IMG/VR virus record: IMGVR_UViG_3300025127_000026
From: an uncultured virus (IMG/VR IMGVR_UViG_3300025127_000026)
Taxonomy: Duplodnaviria; Heunggongvirae; Uroviricota; Caudoviricetes; Crassvirales
Reading direction: 5' to 3' (one strand)
DNA: 64,000 nt
Position numbers and translations under genes: made by a program
Part shown: positions 19,201-28,300 of the stretch, one piece after another
Numbering within the stretch: the first letter of the stretch is position 1
Layout: every line of letters begins with the position of its first letter
Notes under the pieces: generated by a model
Seen by the model: only the letters and a program-made list of their open reading frames with translations
Databases searched by the model: none
Told to the model about the DNA's origin: nothing

Positions 19201-21220
19201 TGTAATTTATATCGTCATTTATTTCTTTGACTTTAACACCAAGCAAACTTTCCATACTTGCGTTTATAGCTCTATTTTTATTTGTTATATCAGTTAAATT
19301 TTTAAATACATCACTATTAGCTATTTGATCTCTCATGTCCATAGCTTGTTGTTGTAGTTCACTAACTTTCTCTACTGTGTCTAATAACTTTTGTTGTGGA
19401 GTTTTATCGGAAGTAGAATTATAACATTCAGCATTTTTAATCATCCAATTTTTAATGTTATTTTCTCTTGTTTTTGAAAAAGATTTAAATCTTGGTGAGT
19501 CAACAGGTATGGTTTTGCTAGGTTTTAAATATTTTAAATCTTCTTCTGTAGGTTCTTTAGATCCGTAAGCACCGCCTACACCTACAGCAACAGATTCTGA
19601 CTTCCATATACCTAATGGTATTGATGGAGCTAATCCACCATTTTTACTTAATATATCGCCTGTGTAAAAATTTGCAGTAACATCTTCAAGCATTGGTAGA
19701 CCAACAGCGTCAAAAGCAACGTTTGCATATAATCTATCATTAGCTACATAAAATCCATATGATCTTAATTCACTATTGTTTAAATCAACAGCTTCTGTAT
19801 TTAAATTAGATAAATCTCCTTTCATATTGTCCATGGCGGACTTAAATATTTTTTTAGATTTTTCACAATCAATTTCATCTGAAGATAAAATATTACCTGT
19901 ATCAGGGTCTATTAATAATTCTACATCAGGATCAAATATATCATCAGTATATTTAGTAGTAGAAGTTTCCATGAAAGTCTTTTTCTCAAACTCAGTGGCT
20001 TTATATTTTTCTTTTAGCTCTGGAGTTATTATGTCATATGATCCACCATCATCTGTGCTAGGTGTAAATTCAGCAAAGTCTAATGGAGCAACAAATGTTC
20101 TACCATCTTCTGTAGCATAAACACCTTTGTCTTGGCCTGATATTGTGTATTCAAACTCAGTTGGTGTAAAATCTAACTTCCACTCTTGTGATCCATCTTC
20201 ATTAAATATTGGAACATTATAATCATAACTAGGTATCATTACATTTTCCTTTATGTTTTCTTCTCCAGTAAATTGTACTCCTATTAATTTAGCTTCTTTA
20301 GGTACTGTAGATCCATCTACTGTAACTTTAGGGACACTTTCTTGTATTCGCGACGATAAGTCAGGATCATATTCTTCTATTTCATCTAACGTGATAATAT
20401 CGTAATCTGGATCAATGTCTGTATCAGGGTTTGTTAATGCAATGTCATTCATTAAGTTTTGAAAGTCTTCAACTTTTACAAACTCATCAACACCTCCTGT
20501 AGCAAACAAACCTTTTTCCTCATCTGTTTCTATTTTACCTTTTTCTTCTAATTTCTCAAAATCCCCAACTCTATCAGTAGATGTGTAGATGTTTAAATCT
20601 TCGTCAAATAATTTATCTTGTATTAAATCATTTAATCCATCATCGCCTGTATCAGGAATAGACCTAATATCTATATATTCTTGTCCTTCTGGTAGTTCTT
20701 CCTCAGATGTTATATTTACTTCACTAACTTTGTTTTCCTCTATAAACTTATTAATTTTATTAGTTGTATCAGGAACTTTTAGTTTCTTTTTTTCTATTTG
20801 TAATTTTCTCCAGTTAGGATTAGTGTCTATTTTATCTACACCTCTAATAGGTACAGGATTTATAGCTGTTTTAGTTTTGTCATAATTAACAGCTCTAGGT
20901 ATTCTTTTATCTTTTATAGGTTTAGGTTGACCATCAGTCCAAGTGGTTACTCCATTTGGTAAAACACTATTTTTACCTTCACCTTTTAAGGTAAATTTAA
21001 TTTTTTCTCCAACACGTAAATCACCCCAAGCATTTCTTCCATTAGCTTGATGTTTTGTTTTGGAAGTTTTTAGTCTTTTGGGTTTTATTGTATTTTTTAA
21101 ATACTTACCCTTTTGCTTTCTTTTACCAGAAACAACATTAGGATTTTTTGATTTAGCTTTTTTACGACGCTTACCTGGACCTGGACCTCCGAAATTTGAT
21201 TTACTAGAAAATGTAACCAT
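10295..21220 (-). CDS. giant (3641 aa) polyvalent internal virion/ejection protein
   Basis: Last gene of the structural operon. Contains HEADH zincin motif (16814-16828), HAD motifs DFDDT/LTAR/FSDD (about 12920-13335) and a hydrophobic helical C-terminal region. Confidence 0.75.
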   Translation of the reverse strand: MVTFSSKSNFGGPGPGKRRKKAKSKNPNVVSGKRKQKGKYLKNTIKPKRLKTSKTKHQANGRNAWGDLRVGEKIKFTLKGEGKNSVLPNGVTTWTDGQPKPIKDKRIPRAVNYDKTKTAINPVPIRGVDKIDTNPNWRKLQIEKKKLKVPDTTNKINKFIEENKVSEVNITSEEELPEGQEYIDIRSIPDTGDDGLNDLIQDKLFDEDLNIYTSTDRVGDFEKLEEKGKIETDEEKGLFATGGVDEFVKVEDFQNLMNDIALTNPDTDIDPDYDIITLDEIEEYDPDLSSRIQESVPKVTVDGSTVPKEAKLIGVQFTGEENIKENVMIPSYDYNVPIFNEDGSQEWKLDFTPTEFEYTISGQDKGVYATEDGRTFVAPLDFAEFTPSTDDGGSYDIITPELKEKYKATEFEKKTFMETSTTKYTDDIFDPDVELLIDPDTGNILSSDEIDCEKSKKIFKSAMDNMKGDLSNLNTEAVDLNNSELRSYGFYVANDRLYANVAFDAVGLPMLEDVTANFYTGDILSKNGGLAPSIPLGIWKSESVAVGVGGAYGSKEPTEEDLKYLKPSKTIPVDSPRFKSFSKTRENNIKNWMIKNAECYNSTSDKTPQQKLLDTVEKVSELQQQAMDMRDQIANSDVFKNLTDITNKNRAINASMESLLGVKVKEINDDINYINSLKEDFNKNPTKELEEEINGRIDLVEISRKNYKQILTDYNNLSLSDYTITYQDKAGNDIFIDKSNWDSGIDMMMDGVDIETTILKSPNSELQIVFPKATRFDDSGGIPSIISEGASSPTIRGMAMPDVAIENNVKKIDLHDQYKKEKEKLDYLNNLANLNLAQIPQLMEYAAEADEQILQALKDKDTTWAQAIAWGVNRVMGNVIKIIPGLGELVLLLNEAGTRVIASMIDAVDDDGNSVANALREYADAVHNLSDYIATETDKVIEGSKFKPGGDLERFDLAEIDIENHFAGKTVGLLIDITMDIIGTKGLSAAGRATKLAKGIDWATSPTNRRMVGETNNIIIDAYKTGKINKRALAQLVITENMPITIMARLVQDGVVETNELIEDWKKKNPGKEFPLDSGDLLVIELVKPVIEASMDKIGIDFIAGKGVMPKLAVLLTNKAIKKRAPGQTFRQFIDQEIRNMVNGGLIKSASSTAFNVADEVLQEEMNMFIELAMDDKVQEIGTELYGTTEFGTAEHMARLKDVAVVSLAGIGILEGSMMSVNIMSSKKAADLTYNQLKDEFKNVALLKIEKVKNNFVKQIDQELQEKISKIKQRKDLTKEEKKEKIQEAQDLANKSKEKVKTIHDIMQKVDLELDVEESLTQFQLEKDKYFLEQELEKVHPENKKVELEKELENVEEQITDLTNKLTDDEGNIQDEFISEQAQEFDTKAEEFLNKMKEQDVNVVVAETTEEAEAIANENGSSIFANGIPQPALFIKDGGPMIFNKEVALINANKNDGVLVLDFEHEADHFFTEQLEKIAGKDITLEIAADIDKAIANGDIVFKSKKDKKEFEDKMDEYMNLFPDDPVAVADEQIANLRDFMRKRKAEFKKPILDKIKQTINNFVGAETDNSIQLNLDNDGELMKLLDLMAEGDVEQATEIAKTVLPDKPKKVKRSPGRRPKRKTPPSILEPIDQAMPEAEVESEAEVNERFSLDAMKDEKKKLIDRIKDLVADGKAKNQKEIDATQDRIKDINESLSKAQKRDKRTSKNADNVAIIEDPNSKLSAKRRAENELIEDNREPIVQWVVNSKMKGNEYIGTFVTKDGEEIKVAVPRSEIEEGLRSKEFSDIYNNFFKRGPKFKDMPFHLKLQGDLIKRWQQVVDPLVKKYALEKRDNEEGPSLLDQGAVTQDDALIKDAAPIKFINMRQAIGLIPGSDVYEDIKKSVQDTFRGKLPTLESGDLKKALQDAYALNGEQAVRKLIDDMGGVEAFLDTYGEEIYDIMPQSIMNKSFQDFIVKGDRLNVEGTREAESEGKITRSKSKTKETAGNFIYTKEPYNKKKWIKYHTDPKSVGAKGTKYTKKTQLVQTLAKVLGLDATMEVLTDQDVMDMFNERNQLLGQADVLAEEIGYLLDRDPRARFALGITAKDIDTVRKQIMGAVKRAYDKATKDPQIQIDAFDDELELLDPELLRIYAPIFDRLKQLFRTKATGYKKKIKDLIEKAKIPENYKIEARKVNETQTQSLGRGVPEAMQEIHNYAKDVMARLNSKVAKALGGSNFFSYMYGYLDGGDKSRGKGEKFGPYKNELDEINAIVAKLNENEELDFTPEDIRLINATSGILSKAETILDKDLALEDTTDENGKLIKGKRTLLGINEDGTVKPGGIFDQLQKANVANIKAIDYILNKSAQAIAQDNSLIPGFLRWLETMTNNTKSLRALSRLANMEVLAGPQAAFYNPNTGKYKNALSAADKKSGDFVVNYNHPRYNEAEKEAKEKAPNDVEKQQEIIAKKLNYKGEHIDVASNLFADLGVSTLETAAKLQNAKSEQERKGILESFSNQNELALRKYDQSHTTKVEADKVDDKTSTTDATDYIRVSNLPRTPDKVSVSDPNLDVQEEVEKNIITDEEIQEAVTNSIEADQATKESNNDAVEDAGVMEMEGDLTGPEVLGKMATLDAALINARSKMPELRKLRVFDFDDTLAKTNSKVFYTMPDGSTGELTAEGFATLGDGIREAGGEFDFSDFNRVVDPEKGPMLDLFRKMYEAEGEREIMILTARAPEAAKAIQAWLKSEGFDIPLRNIIGLGNSSPQAKAEWFVGKAGEGFNDFYFSDDAPQNVEAVQDVLNVVDVKSQVQQAKERFALDGEKIADRLFTMVASKNKKLSKEALENISDIKAEIKGSDIKENILARSSTQNFTGLLYKFLGKGQEGNDDWNFLKDNLVRPYTRALNELAAIKNTLLADFEATLENFVGSGKPIQKLNDAVPGLGGYTYEDAIRILAWDKQGIVAEGVPKTTMEKIRALSTSNMAIDKMASQLIKINKGDDYYYPGANWRAGTMLNDLLQGITKIKRPKVLAEWSQNIETIFGKDNGSRFNGQLMNAIESTYGSKYRQSFEDMLRRMKSGRNRRMGNTQRENRFYDWLNNSVGAVMFFNMRSGILQTLSAANYINWSFNNPAKAAAAFANQPQYWKDFMNLFNSDFLVDRRGGMKINVSESEIFDIQNSKGNKAKEFLNLLIRKGFSITQIADSFAIASGGATYYRNRIKDLVSKGMDKEEATAQAYEEWTSLSREAQQSSDAMEISSEQAGGLGRVILAFANTPMQYNRLIGKAISDLTNGRGDYKSNISRILYYGAIQNMMFNALQQAVFAAIGNDDPEDLDEKTIATLNGMLTSLMRGMGVAGSIMSAIKDVGLDLYDRATNEEKPRPEFYKSVFEALNIAPPLDVKVSKFVRGMNTYEYNMDSPATKDYFNIENPLYMSGALITASITNLPLDRLLQKMINVKDAMTEEQETWKSLFELAGWSEWQLESKSQQEKREEKESDAKHYYRAIEKPSLYNKAEQEDILRQHGFTPEQIKGLKTQDQRVTAILAAQASSGKTYTSKIPNVKSDEIKDVKSITPIEVEPKPKVKSTPKKVKSDTIPKPNKVNFTENTSFKNNRVPVEKRNAQELKLYELPAAEQKDSLRSLGLSDDEIKALKYEGDRVRKILELQK

Positions 21221-21221
21221 G

Positions 21222-22487
21222 TTATACTTTGTCTATTTGAGTGTCTAATATGTTATTTGAATTATTTGATTCTTTTTGAGATTCTTCGTATTGGTCTTTA
21301 GCAGCTTCTGTGCTTTCTCCTTGTTTAACTAATTCTTCTCCTTTAACGTAAGGTAACACGTTTTGAGTATGATACTCGTTATTAAAATACCAACTTAATA
21401 AATCTCTTTGAAACCTAACCAACGGGGCATTGTCTTGACTGTAGTTAACTTCTGCTCCTACATATATACCCCAGTTTTCAGCTCCGTTTGTTAAATAATC
21501 CTCTACTAAGTTAATATTACTTGAATTATTTGAATTGTACTCTGAAAATATATTTAATAATTTCTTTTGCATAGGTGAAGCAGATTCAATATTTTCTGTA
21601 TCAATTGTGTTAAAAGCACTAACAGCGGTTTGTATAGCTGGTGGCCATAGTGATTGACTAGCGGGTTTATTGTTTAACATATTACTATGATCATAGGAGG
21701 AAAGTTGATTTTCAATTAACTCGTTTTGATCTATTGTATACATAGGATCTCCTTGTGGTTGCTCTAAGTTTAAGTCAACTGTAATTTGTTCTACTAGAGG
21801 CATAGCTCCTGCGCTATCCATAGGATCTACAACTAGCTTTCTTACATCACCAATTGTAGGTACCATTTCATCTGAATTTACATTAACGTTAGTTTGTTGA
21901 CTAATCAAGCTGTCAATATAAATAGGTTCGGCATCACCTGTGGTTATCATTAAATTATAATCATTATCTATTTCTAAATCTATATTGTTGTCTCCATTAA
22001 AATTAAACTCACTTAAGTATTTTAAAAAATTAGTACTTCTAGACATTAAACCTATATTTGGTGAACCAGGCGCTCCTAAAGGCTTATTTAAAGATTCTTT
22101 AAGTTTGTTATTAGCGTTTTGAAATGACTGTAGCATACCTACAACTTTATCTGGCATAGCTAATATTTTTTTCTGTAAAATACTATTGTTGTCTTCTACA
22201 GCATCATAATATAAGTCTTTTAATTTTTTATTAAAAAACTCAGGGTTACTTTTATTTTCTACAGGAGGTTGTGTTAAAGATCTTAAACTACCATCAGTGC
22301 CACCATCATAGTTATTTATTTTTAAACTATTAATTTTTTCATTAGTAAATTTATAGTCAGAATCTACAACATCGTTACCAGCACCAGATAAGTTAGTAAC
22401 TGTTTGATTATATTGTTGTACGGTGTCATCTTGAGGTTTAACACCGTGGGTTTCGCTAATTATATCTCTATTTTTATACTTACTCAT
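21222..22487 (-). CDS. putative internal virion protein
   Basis: Position between other ejection-type genes. Confidence 0.5.
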   Translation of the reverse strand: MSKYKNRDIISETHGVKPQDDTVQQYNQTVTNLSGAGNDVVDSDYKFTNEKINSLKINNYDGGTDGSLRSLTQPPVENKSNPEFFNKKLKDLYYDAVEDNNSILQKKILAMPDKVVGMLQSFQNANNKLKESLNKPLGAPGSPNIGLMSRSTNFLKYLSEFNFNGDNNIDLEIDNDYNLMITTGDAEPIYIDSLISQQTNVNVNSDEMVPTIGDVRKLVVDPMDSAGAMPLVEQITVDLNLEQPQGDPMYTIDQNELIENQLSSYDHSNMLNNKPASQSLWPPAIQTAVSAFNTIDTENIESASPMQKKLLNIFSEYNSNNSSNINLVEDYLTNGAENWGIYVGAEVNYSQDNAPLVRFQRDLLSWYFNNEYHTQNVLPYVKGEELVKQGESTEAAKDQYEESQKESNNSNNILDTQIDKV

Positions 22488-22498
22488 TTGTATTTATT

Positions 22499-23176
22499 TT
22501 ACATGCCGCCTAAGCCGACTAAGTTGCTACCCATGCCAGCTAGTGAACTACCAATGTTTCCAATAGCATTAAATTTGTTTTGAGCATGTTGTTGTTCTTG
22601 TAATCTTTTATTATCAGCTAAAGTTGCTATTCTATCTAAATCCATCATATCTCTATTTTCTTGCTGTGCAAAAGCCCATTGCTCACCTTGGGCTTTTTGA
22701 GTTTGCAAATTTTGTTCACCTTGTGCAACTGACATTTGTCTATTTTGCTCGCCTTGCGCTGCTAGTTTTTGGTTGCTCATTTCTTGTTGTTCTAAACTTG
22801 CAGATATACCTTTTTTAGATTCTAAAGCCATTCTAGCTAATGCTGTAGCTCCACCTGATCCAGCACCCATTGCTACCATTGAGTCTAACGTATTAGCTAA
22901 AGCTTGATCTGCTTGCTCTGCTTGAAATTCCGCTGCTTGAGTGGCTACACCTAAATTCGCATATGGATTTCCAACATTTTTAAAAGGATTTGTAGCATTT
23001 TCATAAGGATTTTTAATAGCTTGCATTGATGCTCTTTTATCCTCAAGTTGACCTTCTAGTATTCCTGCGTCTGTTCTAGCTTGTTTTTCTTTGCCACTTT
23101 GACTTATAGCGTTTCCAGTAGACACACCTGCTGCTACTACACCTCCTACTATTACCGCTGTTGTTACTACTCCCAT
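22499..23176 (-). CDS. putative ejection/internal virion protein
   Basis: Hydrophobic Gly/Ala N-terminus, Gln/Ala-rich helices and Gly-rich C-terminus, typical of podovirus ejection proteins. Confidence 0.6.
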   Translation of the reverse strand: MGVVTTAVIVGGVVAAGVSTGNAISQSGKEKQARTDAGILEGQLEDKRASMQAIKNPYENATNPFKNVGNPYANLGVATQAAEFQAEQADQALANTLDSMVAMGAGSGGATALARMALESKKGISASLEQQEMSNQKLAAQGEQNRQMSVAQGEQNLQTQKAQGEQWAFAQQENRDMMDLDRIATLADNKRLQEQQHAQNKFNAIGNIGSSLAGMGSNLVGLGGM

Positions 23177-23179
23177 TTT

Positions 23180-23587
23180 TTATATTTTTTTCATTAATTC
23201 ATAAGATGGTGTTTTATCCACAAACCATCCGTGTTTTTTAAATGTGTTTATTAAGTTCTTGTGTTTACCAACAAATAGTATGTATTTAAAACCTTGTGAT
23301 TTTAAAACATTTTCTGCTGCATTGACAAATAAATCTAAAGCTTGTTGTCTATCTTTATCTCTATATTCAGGATCAGATATTATATATTCTACCCATGCTC
23401 CTTTTGAATTTGTAGTATACATAAAACCAGCAAGTATTTTTCTATCTCCTTTTTCAACCATTAATCCGCATAAGCCATTTTCAGGCAAAGCTTCTCTATC
23501 AGGTGTTTTCCAACCGTTCCACTTTTCCCACCATGTTGGTAAAACTTCCCAGTCTGATTCTTGTAATCTTCTTATATTTAATTCCAT
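23180..23587 (-). CDS. GNAT-fold acetyltransferase-like protein
   Basis: IRRLQESD...YIISDPEYR...FKKHGW follows the GNAT pattern. Confidence 0.6.
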   Translation of the reverse strand: MELNIRRLQESDWEVLPTWWEKWNGWKTPDREALPENGLCGLMVEKGDRKILAGFMYTTNSKGAWVEYIISDPEYRDKDRQQALDLFVNAAENVLKSQGFKYILFVGKHKNLINTFKKHGWFVDKTPSYELMKKI

Positions 23588-23597
23588 TTAATTTTAT

Positions 23598-25367
23598 TTA
23601 TGATGACATAACGTATTTTGTCCCTATTGACCAAAGTTCTTTTAAACCTCCTACGTTTGTAGATTCATCAGTTGATATTTTTGCGGTTAAAAAATAACCT
23701 TTAACACCACTCATTTGAGATCCGTAAATTATCTCTCCAGGCCTAACAGTGCTTCTATTTATTAAGTTAGCTACATACAGATTTTCTTTTCTATCAAAAC
23801 CAGCTCTTTGTGGAAATCCATTTAATGTATATAATCCTTCATCGTAACTAGCTATAGATATAAATTGATTACTTGAAGTAGAGTCATTATATTGATTTAA
23901 GTCTACATAATTACCTGGATTAGTTATAGGTAAATCAGGATCAACTCTTTGTATATCCGAATTTAAATATACAACTTCAAAACCATTATCACCTTCGTAG
24001 TTAACTGTTTGAAATACTTTTTTAGTAGATGGTTGAGTATTAACTACAAAAACTATACTTGAAGGATTATTAATATTATAAAAAGTTCCTCTATTATTAA
24101 TTACGTCTGTAGAGTAATGTTTCCATAATTTACCTTGTTTAAAGCTATAAAAATTACCTTTTAAACTGAAATAATCTGTAGGTCTATAAGTATAATAACT
24201 ATTCCATCCTCGAACTTCTTCATCAAAACTTAAAGTACTTGTGTTTTTAATTTCTAAAGGTGTATTTAAAAACGAAAACTCTTCTATCATATCACTTAAT
24301 AAAGCTTTTTGATACGATATAGTATATTGTTTATTAAAGTTATCCCACGCACCTATCACTCTATCTTTTATATATTTAAAAAATACAAAAGATATTGTAG
24401 CGTTTTCAAATTCTAACTGCTCGCTTAATTCTACTTCATTTGTAGCATAATTTATATCTACAATATAAGCTTGCGTTTCAAGAGAATCTACTCTCACACC
24501 CATGCCTATTTCTAATCCTGTTAAATCTGGTGAAATAACAAACGATGAAGCTGGCGCGGCTGGAGGATTTAAACATTCTTTACTTATTTGATAAACTTGA
24601 AAATCATCTTCTATTAGTCCGCTTTGATCTCTTATAAAGTCATTTAATCCAAAATCCGATATGGGTGTTAATCCATCTCTAGATAATCTCATTACTTTAC
24701 CTCTGTGAACATCTGAAAAATATTGTCTAAAGCCAAACCAAGCAAAACTCTCAGGATTTTTACTTATACCATAGTCACCTTGAAATGGAACGTATTGACC
24801 TAAAACCATATTTGTAGATGTAACATTAGCACTTCCTTCAGCTGTATACAAAGCGTCTTTATCCACCAATAAATAACCTGTTTTTCTTTCTTGAAATACT
24901 GTTAAATTACTATCAGAAGTATACATTTGTTGTATACTACCGTAAAAAGGGTCAACTGATTTAGTTATTTGTTCGCCTATGGAAAAAACATTAGTTTCGT
25001 TAAAGCCTGTTCTAGAATTAAAAACTCCAGAATATATTAATGAATTAGATCTATGTAATTGGTTAGGATTATCTACATTAGCATAAGCTCTAACGCCTAA
25101 ACTAACTATAGTTTCATTAAATCCACCTTGTATTCTAGATTCTTCAATTAACCAGTTTCTATTTCTAACATATTCTCCTACTTGAGAATTATTTCTTGTT
25201 TCAATAAAACCAGGAAAATTACCATATCCACAAGGTCCATACCATATACCAGGAAATACTCCCACCCAAGGATTATACAATAGCGGGTTATTAGTAGATA
25301 TCATTCCTGTTTTCTTACCTACAAATGTGTTATAAAAAGATATGGGTATTTGTGCTGCTCCGCTCAT
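23598..25367 (-). CDS. tail/stabilisation (nozzle-like) protein
   Basis: YGISKNPESFA...YFSD..RGKVMRLSRDGLTPISD; located in the structural module. Confidence 0.65.
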   Translation of the reverse strand: MSGAAQIPISFYNTFVGKKTGMISTNNPLLYNPWVGVFPGIWYGPCGYGNFPGFIETRNNSQVGEYVRNRNWLIEESRIQGGFNETIVSLGVRAYANVDNPNQLHRSNSLIYSGVFNSRTGFNETNVFSIGEQITKSVDPFYGSIQQMYTSDSNLTVFQERKTGYLLVDKDALYTAEGSANVTSTNMVLGQYVPFQGDYGISKNPESFAWFGFRQYFSDVHRGKVMRLSRDGLTPISDFGLNDFIRDQSGLIEDDFQVYQISKECLNPPAAPASSFVISPDLTGLEIGMGVRVDSLETQAYIVDINYATNEVELSEQLEFENATISFVFFKYIKDRVIGAWDNFNKQYTISYQKALLSDMIEEFSFLNTPLEIKNTSTLSFDEEVRGWNSYYTYRPTDYFSLKGNFYSFKQGKLWKHYSTDVINNRGTFYNINNPSSIVFVVNTQPSTKKVFQTVNYEGDNGFEVVYLNSDIQRVDPDLPITNPGNYVDLNQYNDSTSSNQFISIASYDEGLYTLNGFPQRAGFDRKENLYVANLINRSTVRPGEIIYGSQMSGVKGYFLTAKISTDESTNVGGLKELWSIGTKYVMSS

Positions 25368-25376
25368 ATTATTTGT

Positions 25377-28300
25377 TTAAGGTATTACTTGAATTGCTCC
25401 TTTATATATTTGTGTAGCTCCATTTCCAGATGAAGAAGCATCTGTTAATACTATATCAAACATAATATTTACTCCCATGGTTTGAGAACTTATATTCCAA
25501 CCTAAATCAGGGCTATTAAAACTATCTGTAAAAGCAGGATTTATAGCTGTACCAGCTGAATCACACTGCTCTCTAATGTTGTCTTCACAGTATTTAGAGT
25601 TAGAGAGATCTCCATTTTTATTCCATCCAAGTAGAGGAACTATTGTGGCTTTTGGAGCGTTTGAATCTAATTTTTGACATTCATGTTCAGTGCTACCACA
25701 ATCTATACCACCATAGTAAGACCAAAAAACATCACCATTGAAGACTATTTGATTATTAACAATATTTAACCAATCACTTACATAAGGAGTTACAAATTGA
25801 TCTTTAACTATATCTAAAAAATTTTGCGATTGAGGGTCTGGTTTAAAAACATCAGCCAAAGAGTTTATGCCGTTAGGCACTTGTCCTGGACAATTTGCTA
25901 TAAATTGATCATATCCTGGTGAATTACCGACTAAATTATTCATAGCAGAGAAAACAGCCATTTGTAATTCTACATTATTTATACTAACATTTAAATCATC
26001 TTTAATATTATTGTATATTGTAGTTCCATTAGTCCAACCTAAATCACCATTATTACCCATATTAATATACGAAATGAAATCTTCTGTTGGCAAAAGTAAA
26101 GATTGAGTAGTTCCTATTCCTCTTTCTTCAGCAGCGCCTGCAAATATAGTGTTTGGTAGCGTGTAATTTCCATTACTTCTTAATGCTCTAGAAAGATTAA
26201 ATTGATAACTAAACAAAAGCGTGTTATAAGGAGAATAGTTTAGAGCTTGCTCTCCATTGTTTGGTGTGGCTTTTACTACTCCTAGACCTATACTTAAAGG
26301 TATCATGTCGGAATAATTACAAGGACACATAATGTAGTCACTATTAAATGGGTATAAAACATCACTACCATTATCGGCTATTATTTTATTCCAAAATAAA
26401 TATCTTTCACCAGGAGGTGAAGCGCCAGGTCCATTTAACTTATTTAAAAACAAATATGTTTTAACATCTGCTTTAGGTGCGAAAAAAGCTCCACCACCAC
26501 TAACCCCACCAGGGAAAGGAGTAGTTATTGCTCCTGCAGGATTTGAAGTTATGTCCGTTGATGCTATATACAGAGGATCTGCGCCGATTCCAGAGTTACC
26601 ATTCCATTGATTATGACCACCGTAACATATTAACCCCATATCCGTAGGCGGAATACTATAAGCATCCCCATTTGTTGCAATCCCACTAGTTGATGTAGTG
26701 AAAATATTCATATTTTCAAATATATTAAAATCACTTATATGGCCTCTTGTTTGAAGTCCTTGATTATAATATCTAGATACACAACCAGCACTGTAAGGTG
26801 CGTTATTAAAACTAGCTAAATTATAGTCATATGGTAAACCTTGTCCCATTTTAGGTGGTCTATTGCTCACTTCTCCAGAAAAACTTAATTGGCTTTGAAA
26901 GTTAAAAGCATCGACATCTAATGTAAAGTTTAATGTTTGTCCATTGCCATAATAAAAAACCTCATTAGCATATAATAAAAATCTACCATTTGGCTGAAAC
27001 GCATTATCTAATTGTGGAACTATAGTAAATTTTGATGCAATATTAACATTGTTACCTGTAACTGAGCTCCATGCGTAAGATAAAGTACAAGTTGCTGTAG
27101 GATCTAATATAACTGCGCCAACTTGACTTTTAAACTCTATAACTTTTACAATATCTCCAGTTACACTTACAGGTGGATTTTGTCCAGATTCGTAAACATA
27201 TATATCTTCAAAAAGAGTAAACGTCGATGGGGTTATAGATGCCGCACCAGGATTTCCGGTCTGTACTTGTTCATTTAGTTCAGATACCAATCCAGCGCTA
27301 GATGATTCGTAAAAAATATCTAAATTAGAAAATGTAGGTTTTGTTTCTAAAACACCTAATGTACTAAAGCTTTCTTTTCTCTTGGTATCATTGCTATATA
27401 GAGTACCAAAAGGTTTTAAGCTTTGGTTTTGCATTTTAGCGGTTAAAGCTGTTTTACCTTTATATAAATCTTCTATAGGTATTTCTACAGTTGCAAAATC
27501 ACCTGGACTTGTAGAGTCAATGCCATATACTGCGTTTTGAAATATAGAATCTATAAGATTAGCTTTAGGACTTGTTTCAACAAATTTACTCGTAGTATAA
27601 TCATTATTTCCAATTTGGTTAATTGGCTGTACCCTAGGAAAAACTCTTTCTGAAGCTCTATACTCCATATCGCTAGTTCCTGTTTGATCTAAATCTTTAG
27701 GTATTTTATTTATATTATCATTTACTAAAGAAAAATAAGAATCAACTGTATTGTAATACTGATTATCTAAGTCGCCTTGATCGGCAGTTTCATCAATTAA
27801 ATATGCATTAGGCATATAAACATTGTAATAATCTTGCTCTTGTTGTTTTACTACAACTTTGTAACTATACCAACCTAATGGGTTTTCTGCCGTATATAAC
27901 CCAGGATAACCTTTTTTTATTATACTTTCTGGAATAACACCATCTACATACAATATTATTTGATCTCCAAACCAATTTATAATATCATCTGCTGAAAATT
28001 TATTATCATCAGCATAAGGGTTAAACGTGGTAGCTCCCCCATACAATTTGTCTCCAATAACAACGGAATCTTGAACACTAGAAAGTATTACGTCTGATTG
28101 TCTTCCATATCTATCTGATAATACTAAACCAATTTGGTAAGTTCTATTTTGTTTTAAAGAGTGATTATATAAAGACCTATTTTCTGTATTATCTACTTTT
28201 GTAGATGTACCAACTTTAAAATTTAAAAACTCTGGAGATGTATGCTTATCGTAAAAATTACCATAAATAATTCTATTACCAGCAGACTCTTGTGATAAAG

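Noticed and set aside
10461..21248. Plus-strand ORFs inside the giant gene, and similar ones within groEL, terL and portal
   Set aside because: Antisense shadows of real genes with Ser/Leu/Phe-rich, non-protein-like composition.
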